Shown: positions 29,605-39,539, counted from the first letter of the stretch. The stretch: DNA of 64,000 nucleotides from Candidatus Latescibacterota bacterium (GCA_965248265.1 CBDFJF010000002.1:3552001-3616000); one strand, 5' to 3'. Notes: a model not told the origin generated them from the sequence alone. Made by a program: numbers and translations.

Positions 29605-30464
29605 ACGTAACCTCTGGTGAAGAACTTCGCTAATATCAGAGCGAAGGAGGGCCTATCCCTCGGCCAGCACTCTCTGCACCACCCTCGTGACACACGGCGC
29701 AACCGTGCCTTTGATATAGCACTTTCCCATGCAGGATCGCTTCGGCTCGGGTCTCTTCTCGCCCCCTCTCCGCCGAGCAACCGACAGCCAGAAGGAACAA
29801 CAGACTGAAACTGGCCGCCAGTACAGGGCTACCCCGGCCTCGTCAGCATCAGCCCAATTCTCCCGTCGGAAGTCTTTCTAAGAGCGTCAGAAGAGCAGGA
29901 TCTCCACTGTTATTTACTACTTAAGTACAAGTTTTTATTGAGCTTATTGGCTGTGGCGAGCATCTGGTTCGAGAGCTCGATTCTGTCTCGGCTCGCCTCA
30001 GATGGCACGCTTAGTCCTCCTCCTGTCGCGAGGCGTAACGGGCTCCGCTCTCGCTCACAGGCAAACAAAAACGCTGGCAGTTGGGAATCGGTCGTAGAGA
30101 GGCACGTGTGGAGTCGTATTCGCTGAATGGTCAGCGGCGTTCAACATCAGCTCGTGTCGGATCTCCAGCGCTGCACGCCGACTGATGACCCATCTCGGCG
30201 CTGAGATGGTTCACAGCGAACAGATGTGTCCGAAGGGCCGAGGTCGTCGTGCGTGCGCGAAGGCCGATCTCCCCCGCTGACGGTCCAACCATGACGTCTC
30301 ATGCCGGTCGAGGTCACCGCCAAGCGCCGAGACGGGCAACGAGGCTCGACCAGAATCCCCTTGACCGCTACCGATAATACAGCTTAATCTTGGAGCTTCG
30401 TACCGCAATTTGCAATCCAAAATCTATTCGACTCAGTCCTCTCTCATCTGATCATATTACGTAG

Positions 30465-31700
30465 ATGGTTTCCCATAACGAGTACCGCCCGTCCCTGATC
30501 TCCTGGAACCTCACGAAGATGTGCAACCTGCGGTGTCCGCACTGTTACCTAGACGCCGGCAAGAAAGAGGAGGATGAGCTCACCACCAATGAGTGCTTTG
30601 CGCTTATTGACGAGATGAAGGTATTGGGAACGGAAATGCTCATTCTTACCGGTGGGGAGCCACTATTGCGAAAGGATATCTATGATATCGCAAAGTATGC
30701 TTCCGAGCGGGGCATTTGGGTTGTTATGGGCACAAACGGCGTTTTAGTTACTGACAAAGTTGTGCAGAAAATGTTGGAATGTGGCGTAAAAGGCGTGGGC
30801 ATCAGCATTGATTCAGTGGATCCCGAGAAGCACGATGGATTTCGCGGGGGTCCCAAATCATGGGAATATTCGGTTCGGGCGTTGGAAATCTCTCGAGCCT
30901 ACGGTTTGGAAGTCCTGGTTCAAACGACGATCATGGAAACCAATTACGACGAGATTCCCCAACTGATTGACTTTGCCAGAGAGAAGGGAGCCTGGTCCTT
31001 CAACCTCTATTTTCTGGTGCAGACAGGCCGCGGCCAGGAAATGAACGATCTATCTCCACAGCAGACCGAGGCGATGCTCACGAACCTGGTTGAGTTACAG
31101 AACGAGTATCGACCCATGCTGGTGCGCTCCAAATGTGCACCGCACTTCAAACGCATTGCCTTTGAGAGAGCACTGGGGGGTCTAGAGAGCGGGGGGTGCA
31201 TGGCAGGCACTCAATATGGGCGGATTACACCTGAAGGAAATGTGACGCCATGCCCGTACATGACGGTCGTTGCAGGCAACATTAGAGAAAACAGACTCAC
31301 AGAAATCTGGCAGACTGCTCCAGTTTTTCAGGAATTAAGGAATCTGAACCAACTGAAAGGCCGCTGTGGAGGCTGTGAGTTTAAGGAGTTGTGTGGCGGC
31401 TGTCGCTGTCGGGCCTACGCTGCTTATGGCGACTATTTGCAGGAAGATCCGGCCTGTACATATCAACCATCCGGCCAGCCATTACAATTCGAAACAATCA
31501 CTTGGAATGCCGAGGCCAAGTCTCGTCTCGGGCGCATCCCTATTGCCTTTATTCGTGAGAAGGTTAAGAAGGGAGTGGAGACCTATGCGCAGCGTATTGG
31601 GGCTCGTGTCATCACCGCAGAATTGATGAAGATGGCTACGGCCGGCATGGAACGGCCGGCGACTTTCAATAAATTAAGAGAAAGTGAACATCACGAATGA
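30465..31700 (+). CDS. Radical SAM/SPASM protein (AhbD/NirJ-like) with C-terminal PCP_red-like domain
   Basis: CNLRCPHC, TGGEPLLR, SPASM cysteines (GCMAG, PCPY, CGGCEFKELCGGCRCRA, DPAC); tail WNAEAKSRLGRIP. Confidence 0.9.
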   Translation: MVSHNEYRPSLISWNLTKMCNLRCPHCYLDAGKKEEDELTTNECFALIDEMKVLGTEMLILTGGEPLLRKDIYDIAKYASERGIWVVMGTNGVLVTDKVVQKMLECGVKGVGISIDSVDPEKHDGFRGGPKSWEYSVRALEISRAYGLEVLVQTTIMETNYDEIPQLIDFAREKGAWSFNLYFLVQTGRGQEMNDLSPQQTEAMLTNLVELQNEYRPMLVRSKCAPHFKRIAFERALGGLESGGCMAGTQYGRITPEGNVTPCPYMTVVAGNIRENRLTEIWQTAPVFQELRNLNQLKGRCGGCEFKELCGGCRCRAYAAYGDYLQEDPACTYQPSGQPLQFETITWNAEAKSRLGRIPIAFIREKVKKGVETYAQRIGARVITAELMKMATAGMERPATFNKLRESEHHE

Positions 31701-31803
31701 CTCATCTAAGCAGAATTCATGATTGAATTAGATACAGCCGCGTTGACGAAACATGTCCATGTGTCAAACGGCGTAGCCCATCTGAGGCAGGACGACACCA
31801 TTC

Positions 31804-32256
31804 GTGAATTCGCAATTTGATCATCTTGTAGACCCCATGCAGCTCAGCAACCCGAAACCCCATTGGAACGAACTCGAATTTCTTAGCTGGAAAGAATTCA
31901 AGCAGATGGCGCCCTCTATCATCCAGCTGGAAATATCCCGCATCGGAGACATAGTCAATGCCCCGGCTACGGACATCGACTTGTGCAACGTGTTCGTGAA
32001 GGTCCGGTTCGAGTTGAGAAAATTTCAGGAGTGTCTGCAGCAGACAAACAGGCCCCCGCTGAAAGATCCTTGTGTTGCACATCTTCGGACTGCGATCATA
32101 TGTCTTTCCATTCAAAATCAAATACAGGACAAAAAGACGGCGACAACAGTGAAGTACGTTTTTGATAGATTGAACTCCCTGCTGAAGAGGACCGATCTGA
32201 TATTCCAAAACACCACTGATATTCCGCCCATGCAGCACCCATCCGGAGGCCAATAA
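31804..32256 (+). CDS. Hypothetical protein (start may be ATG 31837)
   Basis: ORF whose stop directly abuts the start of the USP gene. Confidence 0.65.
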   Translation: MNSQFDHLVDPMQLSNPKPHWNELEFLSWKEFKQMAPSIIQLEISRIGDIVNAPATDIDLCNVFVKVRFELRKFQECLQQTNRPPLKDPCVAHLRTAIICLSIQNQIQDKKTATTVKYVFDRLNSLLKRTDLIFQNTTDIPPMQHPSGGQ

Positions 32257-34206
32257 ATGTTCGAAAAGATCTACGTCCCTCTTGATAACTCTGACCACTC
32301 GATGACGAGCGCTGAGCTGGCGATCGATCTGGCGAAGAGATTCGGCTCAGAGCTGGTGGGCTGCCATGCCTATGCTGCGAGGATGCACGACATCCGATTC
32401 AGGCAAATGGAGTTTACGCTGCCTTCAGAATACCAGGTGGAAGAAGAGATGGAGAAGCAGCGAAACATCCACGACACGTTGATCACGATGGGATTAGAGC
32501 TCATTTCGGATTCCTATTTGGAGGTCATGAAAAAGAGATGCGAGAGCGAGAAGCTTCCCTTCGAACAGAAGATGATGGACGGCAAAAACTTTAAGGTCCT
32601 TGTCGATGACATCAACAACAGCGATTACGACCTGGTAATCCTGGGTGCGCTGGGGCTTGGCGCGGTGCGGGATAGTATGATCGGCAGCGTCTGTGAAAGG
32701 GTGGTTAGAAGAACCAAGACCGATACACTCGTGATCAAGAACACTTCTCCCCTCGAAGATCAACTCAGTGCAAACGGCAATGGCGAGGTCAAGCATGAAC
32801 TTGGCAATGGAGGCAAGATCGTTGTCTGCGTCGACGGCAGCCCTGAGTCCTTTGCCGGGCTTCGAACGGCCATCTCCCTCGGGAGGGCTGTAAACAAAGA
32901 AGTGGAGGCCATCGCCGTTTACGATCCCTACCTGCACTATACCATGTTCAACAGCATCGTGAATGTCTTAACCGACAAGGCATCAAAAGTTTTCAAATTC
33001 AAAGAACAAGAACAGCTGCACGAAGATGTGATCGACACGGGCCTGGCACAGATATATCACTCCCACCTGGAGGTGGCGCGAAAGATCGCCAAGGAAGACG
33101 ACATCGACTTGAAGATAACTCTTCTCGATGGTAAGGCCTTTGAGAAGATTATCCAATATGTCAGACGAGAGAGACCATGGCTCCTGGTCATAGGACGGAT
33201 TGGTGTGCACAGCGATGAGGATATGGATGTTGGCAGCAATAGCGAAAATCTTCTTCGCTTGGCGCCCTGCAACGTTTTTCTCTCCAGCAAGAGATTTATC
33301 CCGGCCATCGATGTTCAGGCGGAAGAATCGATGACCTGGACCGAAACGGCTACCGCACTGTTGAATACCGCTCCGGAAGCGGTCAGGGGCATTGCCCGCA
33401 CGACCATACACAGGTGGGCCATGGAACGGGGGCATTCGGTCATAACGAGGAAAGTGATCGAGAAATCAATGGCTAGCATATTGCCGGAAAAAGCGATGAG
33501 GGCCATGGGGATCATCGCCGAGGAAGTCGCCATAGAAAAAGGAAATCTACTGGAGTCAGAGACCTATGTCTGTCGTGAGTGCGGCTATGCCGCCCGCGAC
33601 GTGGACCCGGTGGTCTGCCCGGTCTGCAATGGACCGGCAGAAGGATTCCAGAAGATCGACAAACAGGCAATTGAGAATCTGGCACCGCTGGAAGGAGACA
33701 TCGAAGAAGAAAAGACCTTCGACAACTTGAAATTGAAATGGACCAGCGAAGCAAAACAAGCTTTACACGGTGTGCCATCTGGCTACCAGAGAAGAAGGGC
33801 GAGAGCGCAAATCGAAAAGAGCGTCAGGGTGCGCAAGCTTCCGGCCATCACCAGGGAGCTGGTTTTTGAGGTTGCCGGGGACATTATCGAAGAGACCAAA
33901 AACCTGGAAGAGCGCGGCCGACTAAAGAAGGAGATGGTTTCCAGCACAGAAAGTGTTTTGGAGCAACACGCCATTCAGGATGGCAAATTTCGATGGAGCG
34001 CTTCCGCCGTGGCTAGGCTGAATCGCGTCCCTGAAGGATTCATGCGTGATCAGACAAAGGATCGAATCATAAATTGCGCCGAAAAGAAATCTGTGGACCT
34101 GGTAACCTTGGAAATCGCCGAGGAGGGGATTGCGGAAAGCCGGAACATCATGGCGGAGACGATAAAAAGGGACAGCAAAGATAAAGGTGAATCCCCCAAC
34201 AAATAA
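32257..34206 (+). CDS. Tandem universal-stress-protein domains plus rubredoxin-like site and three PCP_red-like domains
   Basis: KIYVPLDNS…LVILGALGLG…IGSVCERVV; KIVVCVDGS…GSNSENLLR; CRECG…CPVC; three W-x2-(E/x)A-x3-L-x3-P repeats. Confidence 0.88.
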   Translation: MFEKIYVPLDNSDHSMTSAELAIDLAKRFGSELVGCHAYAARMHDIRFRQMEFTLPSEYQVEEEMEKQRNIHDTLITMGLELISDSYLEVMKKRCESEKLPFEQKMMDGKNFKVLVDDINNSDYDLVILGALGLGAVRDSMIGSVCERVVRRTKTDTLVIKNTSPLEDQLSANGNGEVKHELGNGGKIVVCVDGSPESFAGLRTAISLGRAVNKEVEAIAVYDPYLHYTMFNSIVNVLTDKASKVFKFKEQEQLHEDVIDTGLAQIYHSHLEVARKIAKEDDIDLKITLLDGKAFEKIIQYVRRERPWLLVIGRIGVHSDEDMDVGSNSENLLRLAPCNVFLSSKRFIPAIDVQAEESMTWTETATALLNTAPEAVRGIARTTIHRWAMERGHSVITRKVIEKSMASILPEKAMRAMGIIAEEVAIEKGNLLESETYVCRECGYAARDVDPVVCPVCNGPAEGFQKIDKQAIENLAPLEGDIEEEKTFDNLKLKWTSEAKQALHGVPSGYQRRRARAQIEKSVRVRKLPAITRELVFEVAGDIIEETKNLEERGRLKKEMVSSTESVLEQHAIQDGKFRWSASAVARLNRVPEGFMRDQTKDRIINCAEKKSVDLVTLEIAEEGIAESRNIMAETIKRDSKDKGESPNK

Positions 34207-34240
34207 TGAAGGCTCCAATCCGCTCTCTCTGCGTTAGAAA

Positions 34241-35128
34241 ATGAAAACCTACAAAGACATAGCCGGCGATGGCGGATCGAATATTGTCGAGCAGGTCACC
34301 GCGCAGCAACACCGCGTGCAGTCGAGGATGGCCTCCGTGCGCCATATTGTTGCCGTTATGAGCGGCAAGGGCGGAGTCGGAAAGAGCTCAGTTGTCGTAA
34401 ATCTTGCCTCGGCCTTCGCGCTTGAGGATTACTCCGTGGGAATATTGGATGCCGATATCAACGGTTCCTCTATACCAAAGATGACCGGTGTTCGCGGACG
34501 GCCGCTGGAGACCGGTGAAACCGGAATAATGCCCATGGCGGCCGCTCGTAATCTCAAGGTCATGTCGATTGATCTGTTTTTGCCTGATGACAGCACCCCG
34601 GTTATTTGGGACGCTCCCACGCAGAAGGACGCTTACACCTGGCGCGGCATGATGGAGACGGCGGCAATCCGGGAATTCCTGTCCGACACGGAATGGGGCG
34701 AGTTGGATTTCTTATTCATTGACTTGCCGCCAGGAACAGACAAACTGCCAAATATGTTAGACCTGCTCCCGCAAATTTCGGGTACCATCATTGTGACGAT
34801 CCCATCAGAACTGTCCCAGTTCGTTGTCGGTAAGTCAATCACAATGGCGAAGGAATTGCTTCAGACACCGGTAATCGGCTTGGTCGAGAATATGTCGGCA
34901 CATATTTGCAGTCGATGTGGCCATGAGGAGGAATTGTTTCCGGGAAGAATCGTCGAGGGGCTGGCGGAACAACATGATGTGCCGTATCTGGGCAGGATTC
35001 CGTTCGACCCGAGAATGGCTGTTTGTGCTGATGAAGGTTTGCTCTATATGGAAGAGCACGGCGACTTACCGGCTACCAATGCGATAGGGCAAATTGCTCA
35101 AAGGGTAGGTGAGTTTTTGAAACAATAG
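34241..35128 (+). CDS. Mrp/NBP35 (ApbC-like) P-loop ATPase, Fe-S carrier family
   Basis: SGKGGVGKS, LDADING.SIP, WGELDFLFIDLPPGT, GLVENMS..ICSRCG. Confidence 0.92.
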   Translation: MKTYKDIAGDGGSNIVEQVTAQQHRVQSRMASVRHIVAVMSGKGGVGKSSVVVNLASAFALEDYSVGILDADINGSSIPKMTGVRGRPLETGETGIMPMAAARNLKVMSIDLFLPDDSTPVIWDAPTQKDAYTWRGMMETAAIREFLSDTEWGELDFLFIDLPPGTDKLPNMLDLLPQISGTIIVTIPSELSQFVVGKSITMAKELLQTPVIGLVENMSAHICSRCGHEEELFPGRIVEGLAEQHDVPYLGRIPFDPRMAVCADEGLLYMEEHGDLPATNAIGQIAQRVGEFLKQ

Positions 35129-35218
35129 AACGCGGATGACACAGATTTACGCTGATTGTCGCGGATGAAATGCCAGACATCGAATCCGCGTAGATCCGTA
35201 TGACCTGTGTAATCCGTG
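35129..35218. repeat. REP-like imperfect long hairpin built from (C)GCGGAT/ATCCGC(G)-type units
   Basis: CGCGGAT 35160-35166 pairs with ATCCGCG 35184-35190; the outer arms carry further degenerate complementary units. Confidence 0.6.
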
Positions 35219-35236
35219 CTATTATGAACGGAGTAA

Positions 35237-35746
35237 ATGATGAAATTCTTATGCGTGGAATGTGACGAGCCCATGAAGCTGAAGGACACCAAAGGCCCCG
35301 ATAACGGCTCCATGACGGTTGTCTTCGCTTGCCCCAAATGCGAACGGCAAATCGCCATGCTGACCAACCAAATGGAAACGCAAATGGTTCGCTCGCTTGA
35401 TGTGAAGCTTGGTGGAGGCCCAACTCTGGCAGAGCCCATGGGGACCCTTAGGAGTTCTTTGGCCCAAAAAAGCGACGATGTAGTCACATCATCGATTCAT
35501 TCTCATCAGGAAACAGACCAAAAGGAGTCAGGTTCCAAATGTCCGTTTACCGGTGCTGTTGCCGATGCCTTCGAAACCTCTGGCGAAATCGTCTGGACCC
35601 AGGAGGCCGAGGAACGTCTTAGCAGAATCCCACCATTTGCCAGATCCATGGCCAAGCAGGGAATTGAACGGCACGCCCGCGAAAGGGGATATAAAAAAAT
35701 AAGTGATGCGGTGATGGAGGAAGTGAGGGATCAGTTCGCAATGTGA
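35237..35746 (+). CDS. Small CxxC…CxxC metal-binding protein with C-terminal PCP_red-like domain
   Basis: CVEC…CPKC, KCPF, WTQEAEERLSRIPPFAR. Confidence 0.85.
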   Translation: MMKFLCVECDEPMKLKDTKGPDNGSMTVVFACPKCERQIAMLTNQMETQMVRSLDVKLGGGPTLAEPMGTLRSSLAQKSDDVVTSSIHSHQETDQKESGSKCPFTGAVADAFETSGEIVWTQEAEERLSRIPPFARSMAKQGIERHARERGYKKISDAVMEEVRDQFAM

Positions 35747-35821
35747 AGGTCAGTTGGCATTGCAGCAGTCGCCCGAGGAGCCTGAATCTGGAGCGGTCTA
35801 ATCAACTGAACTGTACGGCAG

Positions 35822-36382
35822 TTGCCGATGTCATCCTCTAGAACGATACATCTGACCCCGAAGCAGTTTGGCGCCACCAATGCCATCGTGACGCTCACTG
35901 CGATGAGCTTCCTCGTCTGGTTGATCTACTTCCACGAGGGGAATGACAGCGCTTCGCAGGGCGCCCAGCTACCCCTGATCAACGCGATCCTGAACGGCAC
36001 CAGCGCGGTGTTGATCTCGGTGGGGCTGTGGGCGATCAAGCAGCGTAAGCGCACACTGCACATGCAGCTGATGCTCGCTGCGTTCGCGTCGTCGGCGCTG
36101 TTTCTGGTGAACTACATCTACTACCATTTTTCTCACGGGGATACACACTTCGCGGGGCAGGGTATCATCCGGCCCATCTACTTCACGGTGCTCATCAGCC
36201 ACATTCTGCTATCTATGGTGACCTTCCCGATGATCTTGACGTCATTGTATCTGGGACTGAGCAATCGTCTGGTAACCCATCGCCGCCTATCCAAGTGGAC
36301 GTGGGTGGGGTGGATGTATGTCTCGGTCACGGGAATTGTGATCTATTTCATGCTCCACGTGATCGGCTGGGAGTTGAGCTGA
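35822..36382 (+). CDS. DUF420 (CtaM/YozB-like) membrane protein, oxidase assembly associated
   Basis: LP.INAILN, H…M..A…S.LFL..Y, Y..L.SHI.L, HRR…W.YVSVTG…Y. Confidence 0.88.
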   Translation: MPMSSSRTIHLTPKQFGATNAIVTLTAMSFLVWLIYFHEGNDSASQGAQLPLINAILNGTSAVLISVGLWAIKQRKRTLHMQLMLAAFASSALFLVNYIYYHFSHGDTHFAGQGIIRPIYFTVLISHILLSMVTFPMILTSLYLGLSNRLVTHRRLSKWTWVGWMYVSVTGIVIYFMLHVIGWELS

Positions 36383-36510
36383 AACGACTCCGCTACGGCG
36401 TTGTCCCAGTAGTCCCCCTTTCGCTCTTCACGAAGCCGCGCCGGGCAATCCAACGGGTAAAACGAGTGCAGGCGTAATGGACGCCACGATCGTAGTGGAT
36501 GATCAGGCCT
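36381..36510 (-). mobile_element. Degenerate IS3-family transposase (integrase core) fragment
   Basis: GLIIHYDRGVHYA (cf. HSDRGSQY) and, after a frame change, RKGDYWDNAVAESF (cf. RKGNCWDNAVAESF). Confidence 0.75.
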
Positions 36511-36912
36511 CTCGGTAGGACGCCGATGGAGGAATACGCTCGGAGAAGGGCAGCCCAACAAACATCATGAAGTCCACCTTAACTTCGCTGCCCGGCTGTC
36601 CAAAGGATGGGGACCACCTCTGCCCAGGGTCCCAGATGGTATCCGGGGTGCATAGGGCGCCGATGGCCCGCCAGGAAGCACTTGACCCACCGCCAAAAAG
36701 AGGCTTTGTTTGTCCACAAGCATTCACCTCCCTGGTAGCCAGCGAAGGCCGCGGAATTTGGCTGAGTTGGTGGAGTACGCCTGGGCAGCCGTCAGGATTC
36801 GGGAGCACTGAAGGGACCACCTCGCTGCCGCGTCCAAGACGGATGGCGAAGACGGACGATTGAGCTACAGCTTGATAACCAATATCTTCGAAAGAAAAAA
36901 GGGAGCTTTTTT

Positions 36913-37566
36913 ATGCTAGATTGGTTACCAGAAAATATATCAACCTATGGAGCAGAGATCGACTCTCTTTTCTATCTGCTGTACTATATCACTTTAGCAA
37001 CCTTCATACTGGTGGCGGGAGCCATGGTCGTATTCATGATCAAGTACCGTCACCGCGAGGGACACCGGGCGAAATATATCCACGGGCACGCTGGTCTAGA
37101 GATTACATGGACTGTTCTTACTGCTGTGACCGTGATTGCATTTGCTTTGATTAGCGCGCCACTGTGGGCCAAGATAAAGCAAGATGTACCCTCTTATGAC
37201 ATTCAAATTCAGGTAACCGGCAAGCAGTTCAACTGGGATGTTCTCTATCCCGGCCCTGACGGAGAGTTTGGTACATCGGATGATCTCGAAATAGAAAACA
37301 TGGTCCACGTTCCGGTCAATAAGGTTGTGAAGGTTCTCCTTACATCGAAGGATGTTATTCACAGTTTCTTCGTGCCGGCCCTGCGCCTGAAGCAGGATAG
37401 CCTACCGGGCCGGAAGATCAATTCATGGTTCGAAGCGACCAAGACGGGAACATATGAGATACCCTGTGCCGAATTGTGTGGATTCGGACACTCCGGAATG
37501 CTCGGTTATCTAATCGTGCACACGGATGAAGATTATGCATCATGGGTGCAGGAGAATTGGCCGTAG
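36913..37566 (+). CDS. coxB: Cytochrome c oxidase subunit II (no fused cytochrome c)
   Basis: Two TM helices, DVIHSF, CAELCGFGHSGM CuA motif. Confidence 0.95.
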   Translation: MLDWLPENISTYGAEIDSLFYLLYYITLATFILVAGAMVVFMIKYRHREGHRAKYIHGHAGLEITWTVLTAVTVIAFALISAPLWAKIKQDVPSYDIQIQVTGKQFNWDVLYPGPDGEFGTSDDLEIENMVHVPVNKVVKVLLTSKDVIHSFFVPALRLKQDSLPGRKINSWFEATKTGTYEIPCAELCGFGHSGMLGYLIVHTDEDYASWVQENWP

Positions 37567-37694
37567 CCGCAGTCGAGGGACTCAGAGTAGACCACGGATC
37601 GGAATCCTGGACATCAACTAGCCGGATCGAACTCAGGTCAGCAAAAAACCAATTAATTACCGACAGAGTTCAACTTAACACAGAGGGATGCCCC

Positions 37695-39539
37695 ATGGAG
37701 GGATCTACCGCTACGAAAGAAACACATGAAGCACATGCCCACGAGGAACTTGGATTTGTGCGTACCTACATTTTCTCGACCGATCACAAGATGATAGGAA
37801 AGCAGTTTCTCTTCTTAGGTCTGTTCATGATGATTATTGGAGGCGGGCTGGCGCTAATGTTGCGCTGGCAACTGGGCTATCCCGAGGAACCGCTACCACT
37901 GGTAGGAGTGTCACAAGAGTTCCTGTCGACGGATGAACCTCAAACCGCGGCGGACAGAATGTGGCAGCAGTGGGACGAAGAAGGTACGGAGAATTGGATG
38001 GTTGAAACCATGCCTTACGGTGTCATGACCGCCGCGTTCTACAACATGGTCTTCACCATGCATGCCACTATAATGATCTTCTTTGTAATCATGCCGATAC
38101 TGGTGGGTTGTTTTGGCAACTTCCTCATCCCTCTCATGCTCGGCGCCCGTGATATGGCTTTCCCGAAGCTCAACATGGCTTCATTCTGGGTCGGTGCGGT
38201 ATCGGGAATTGTGATGCTGGCAGGATTCTTCGTCACCGGCGGACATGCATCCACCGGGTGGACCGCGTATGCGCCGCTGTCCTCTAACGCTACGTGGACC
38301 GGTGTGGATTGGGGACAAAATCTATGGTGTATCAGCATCATTATTCTCGCCATTTCATCCATGATGGGAGCGATAAACTACATCACTACGACCATCAACA
38401 TGCGTGCACCTGGGATGACTCTCATGCGCATGCCGCTCGTCATCTGGTCACTTTTCATCGTGGCTATTCTTCTCCTGTTAGCGCTACCAGTGTTGACCTC
38501 GGCCTTGGCGCTGCTCTTGTTCGACCGCATGGGTGGGACAAGCTTCTTCTCTCCGGCAGGCGGTGGTGAACCCCTCCTCTGGCAGCACCTCTTCTGGTTC
38601 TTCGGACATCCAGAGGTCTACGTTCTTATAGTTCCTGCGATGGGGATTACGTCAGATGTATTGTCCGTTTTTTCTCGCAAGCCAGTTTTCGGCTATCATG
38701 CCATGGTATACGCGATGGTTTCTCTCGCTTTACTCTCCTGGGTTGTCTGGGGTCACCATATGTTCATGAGTGGAATGAATCCCGCACTTGGCATGGCCTT
38801 CATGTTGTCTACTATGGTGATCGCGGTGCCGTCGGCGATCAAGACGTTCAACTGGCTTGGCACTATATGGGGTGGTTCAATCCAGTTCACAACGCCGATG
38901 CTGAACGCGCTGGCATTTGTGGCGATGTTTGTGATTGGAGGATTGAGTGGTATACACATGGCAATCACGCCGGTGGATATATTTATCCACGATACCTACT
39001 ACATCGTTGCACATATCCACTACGTCGTTTTTGGTGGAAGTGTCTTCGGTTTGTTCGCTGGTCTTTACTTCTGGTTCCCGAAGATGTTCGGTCGCCTGAT
39101 GAATGAGTCTCTTGGGAAGATTCACTTCTGGCTAACCTTCATCTTCTTCAACTGTACATTCATCCCGATGCACCTTATCGGAGTGGGTGGACATATGCGG
39201 CGAATCTACAATCCAATGCAGTATGAGTTCCTGCAGCCGATGCAACCAATGAACGAATTCATTACTGTGAGTGCATTCTGTCTTGGAGCAGCGCAACTCG
39301 TGTTAGTGTACAATTTCTGCTGGAGCCTGTATCGCGGGAAAAAAGCGGAGCACAATCCATGGCAGGCAAATACGCTCGAATGGGGAGCCCCATCGCCACC
39401 CCCGCATCTCAATTGGGGCGAAACGATTCCATCAGTCTATCGCGGTCCGTACGAATACAGTTCTCCGGAAGTCACCGAGGACTGGCTGCCACAGGACAAA
39501 CAGCTTCAGCAGGCGACAGCGGGTGGTGGCAGTGATTAG
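37695..39539 (+). CDS. coxA: Heme-copper oxidase subunit I, A1 type
   Basis: STDHK, TMHA, FFGHPEVY, WGHH, AHIH, SAIK; ATG 37695 preferred. Confidence 0.96.
   Translation: MEGSTATKETHEAHAHEELGFVRTYIFSTDHKMIGKQFLFLGLFMMIIGGGLALMLRWQLGYPEEPLPLVGVSQEFLSTDEPQTAADRMWQQWDEEGTENWMVETMPYGVMTAAFYNMVFTMHATIMIFFVIMPILVGCFGNFLIPLMLGARDMAFPKLNMASFWVGAVSGIVMLAGFFVTGGHASTGWTAYAPLSSNATWTGVDWGQNLWCISIIILAISSMMGAINYITTTINMRAPGMTLMRMPLVIWSLFIVAILLLLALPVLTSALALLLFDRMGGTSFFSPAGGGEPLLWQHLFWFFGHPEVYVLIVPAMGITSDVLSVFSRKPVFGYHAMVYAMVSLALLSWVVWGHHMFMSGMNPALGMAFMLSTMVIAVPSAIKTFNWLGTIWGGSIQFTTPMLNALAFVAMFVIGGLSGIHMAITPVDIFIHDTYYIVAHIHYVVFGGSVFGLFAGLYFWFPKMFGRLMNESLGKIHFWLTFIFFNCTFIPMHLIGVGGHMRRIYNPMQYEFLQPMQPMNEFITVSAFCLGAAQLVLVYNFCWSLYRGKKAEHNPWQANTLEWGAPSPPPHLNWGETIPSVYRGPYEYSSPEVTEDWLPQDKQLQQATAGGGSD

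Noticed and set aside
29617-30420. Short ORFs in the long intergenic gap
   Set aside because: No RBS, motif or consistent coding signal; treated as non-coding or eroded sequence
30465-35746. Phototrophy or chlorophyll biosynthesis from the PCP_red-like domains
   Set aside because: Only the short C-terminal domain is present; no BchN/BchB catalytic cores, and the ATPase has Mrp rather than BchL motifs
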